From NCBI RefSeq assembly GCF_963921235.1, contig NC_086118.1, positions 18,168,001 to 18,232,000 on the forward strand: a stretch of 64,000 bases of DNA, in the 5' to 3' direction. The position numbers and the translations under genes are program-made. Positions 61,509 to 64,000 of this stretch are shown here, piece after piece. The notes under the pieces were generated by a model that did no database searches, was not told the origin of the DNA, and saw nothing but the letters and a program-made list of their open reading frames with translations. Origin of the DNA: Mobula hypostoma (lineage: Eukaryota). The number at the start of each line of letters is the position of its first letter. The first letter of the stretch is position 1.

Positions 61509-63549
61509 AGTGAATGGACAATGAAGGACAATAAATCCTGAAGCTGGCAGTAATGCAACAATGTGGATGCCAACTGCCGTAAAAACTCAAGGAAGAAGAA
61601 GAAGTGTTTGCCAAGGAGAAGGATCTAGAGAATAGGGAGATCTTTGCCAAGTGTATTAATATGCTGGGGCATTTCAAAGTAAAGGCGGAGATTGTGTAGG
61701 TCTCTTAAAGAGCATTAAGGTGAATAAGTCCACGTGGCCTGATGGGATATACTCCAGGTTGTTGAGAGAGGCAAAAGAAGAGATTACTATGGCCTTGACC
61801 AATATCTTCATGTCCTCTCTAGCCACAGGTGAGGTCCTGGAGGAATAGCCAGTAGATAATGTTGTTCCATTATTCAAGAAGAGAACCAGGGTTAATCCTG
61901 GAAACTATAGACAGCCGAGGCTCGCATCAGTGGTAGGGTAGAGAGAATTATTAGGGATAGGTTTTATGAGCATTTGGGAAGCATGGTCTAATTAGGGAAA
62001 GCCAACATGGTTTTGTGTGGAGCAGGTTGTGTCTTATTAGCTTGATTGAGTTTTTAATGAGGTGATCGATGAAGTAGAGCTGTGGATGTTGTTTACTTGG
62101 ATTTTAGTAAGGCATTTGACGTGGTCCCTCATGGGAGGTTCATTCAGATGAATGGGATCCATGTTGAATTGGCTGTTTGGATTCAGAACTAGCTTTTCCA
62201 TGGAAGACAGAGGGTAGTGGTTGAAGTGACTTATTCTATCTGGATGCCTGTGATTAGTGGTGCTCTGAAAGGATCTGTACTCGGACTTCTGATGTTTGTG
62301 ATATATATAAATTACCTGGGTGGAGATGTAGATGGGGGAGTTAATGCGTTTGTTGATGATGCAAAGATCAGTGGTCTTGTGAATAGTGTAGAAGACTGAC
62401 AAAGAATACAGTGGAATATAGAACAGTTGGGGATATGAACGGAGAAATGGCAGGTGGAATTTAACCCAGACAAATGTGAAACGTTACACCATGTAGGTCA
62501 AAGGTAAAGAGACAGTACACTGGTATGAGCATAGGGAGTTTGGAGTCCAGGTCCACAGCTCTGTGAAAGTGGCTACGCAGGCTACATAGGGTGGTTAAGA
62601 AGACATGAAATGTTGCCTTATTAGTCGAGATATTGAATTCAAATGTCAGGATGTTGCAACATTATAAAGCTCTAGTTGGGCTGCATCTGCAGTATTGCGT
62701 ACAGTTCTGGTCATCCCATTATAGGAAGAATGTTGAGGCTTTGGAGAAGTTTACTGCCTGGATTAGAGAAATTTGGGCTGTTTTTTCTCATATGGCAGAG
62801 GCTAAGGGGAGATCTGATAGATGTTTGTTTATAGGATTATGAGAGGCATAGATAGACAGACAGTATCCATTCCCCAGTTGAAACGTCTACCACCTGAGGG
62901 CATGCATTTAAGTTGAGTTGGGTAATTTCAAAGGAGGTGTGAGGGATTTTTTTTACACAGTGGTGGATGCCTGGAATGTGTTGCCTAGAGTGCTGGTGGA
63001 GGCAGATACATTAGAGACTTTTAAGAGATGTTTAGATAGGTACCTGAATGTGAGGAAAATGTAAGGATAGGAACATGACAGAGGGGATTAGTTTGGTTAT
63101 CCATTTGATAACTAATTGGATCAGCACAATGGCCTGTTCCAGTGCTGTACTGGTCTACATTCTGAATTCCAGTGAGTATAGTCCCAGGTGACTCAATCTC
63201 TCCTCATAGACTAATGTTGGTTGAGGATTGATTACTGACCAGGAGAACTTACTTTCTCTTTGAATAATGCAATGGGACTTGTATCATTCCCCTAAGGTGG
63301 ATCTCCTCTCTGATGTAAATCACTCTCAGGTGCAGCACTCAGATTCTGGCTCACATATCAGACTCAAAGAAAGAGTGAGGGAGGTGAAACTGAGGAACGT
63401 GATATCTAGGATTCTTGTCTGCTAATTGCTGAAAACAGCTGGCAGAATCCAGAGTTAAATGCAAAGATTTAATCAAAACCAATGCAATATGAATGAACCA
63501 ATACTGGTGCCTCTAGAAACAGAGGTACATCAAGCAAGGTGGACTTTTG

Positions 63550-64000
63550 GGAGAGATTTCAGGAGGGAAGGCGTAAGAATTTTGGATCATTGGACTTTCT
63601 TCCAGGGAAGGTGGGACCTGTACAGAAGGGATGGTTTGCACCTCAACTGGAGAGGGCCTCGTATCCTAGCAGCAAGGTTTGTTAATGCTGCTCAGTGGGG
63701 TTCATTCCAGAGTTGTAGTGGGATGGGAACCAAAGTGCCAGTACAGTTAGGGAGAGGTTGTGGAGGCAGATGTTCGTAAGACCTCAGACAAAGTTGGGAA
63801 TCAAAAGGTTGAGTATGGTGCCACTAGTGTCCTGAGCTGCCTGTATTTCAATGCAAGAAGGGTCACAGGAAAGGTGGTGATCGTGCTGAAGATGAGGTAG
63901 TAATTTACAAACAGAGGCAATGTGTAGTGAGGAGACAGTGAAGATAGGGCAAAGTTGCAGTCAACAACATGAGTTACAATGTAAAAGGCAGACAACATTA
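63550..64000 (+). mobile_element. CR1 ORF1 (esterase C-terminal) fragment
   Basis: RREGVRILDHW..WDLYRRDGLHLNWRG (DxxH motif), then an ORF2-start-like CLYFNAR at about 63838. Confidence 0.75.

Larger units (their letters stand above)
55760..61603 (+). mobile_element. Full-length, disabled I-group (Nimb-like) LINE
   Basis: 8-bp TSD gtgtttgc (55752-55759 / 61604-61611); (GAA)4 tail; ORF1 with zinc knuckles; ORF2 with APE, RT, RNase H and C-terminal CCHC. Confidence 0.92.
54985..63163 (+). mobile_element. Decayed CR1 LINE (54985-55759 + 61604-63163), host of the Nimb insertion
   Basis: Endonuclease-like region near 55015 and LDLVL near 55157; reading continues across the insertion (FTSVFAKE); RT and tail at 61700-63163. 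Confidence 0.85.

Overview
Repeat-rich vertebrate genomic DNA. The CR1, Rex1/Babar, Penelope and SINE families suggest a cartilaginous fish, probably a ray (inference). The only host gene recognised is the 3' end of an axonemal dynein heavy chain, best matching DNAH9. It has four + strand phase-0 coding exons (3134-3304, 11689-11871, 15690-16079, 54000-54227), a 37.9-kb last intron and AATAAA at 54517. Most other recognisable sequence is transposon-derived: CR1 and Rex1 LINEs, a Harbinger remnant, a pol-less SCAN-gag Gypsy element with a tRNA-Pro PBS, solo LTRs, and a full-length but disabled Nimb/I-group LINE nested in a CR1 and itself hit by a HERO-type fragment. Most notable: (1) short Penelope terminal-repeat insertions carrying minimal hammerhead-ribozyme motifs, where all three well-preserved copies sense to dnah9 have catalytic-core mutations; (2) an LTR element whose internal region is only 56 bp (tRNA-Ser PBS + PPT); (3) a fold-back inverted duplication split by the Gypsy insertion. 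I see no clearly novel multi-gene system. Family assignments come from recalled motifs, not database searches, and boundaries of old repeats are approximate.
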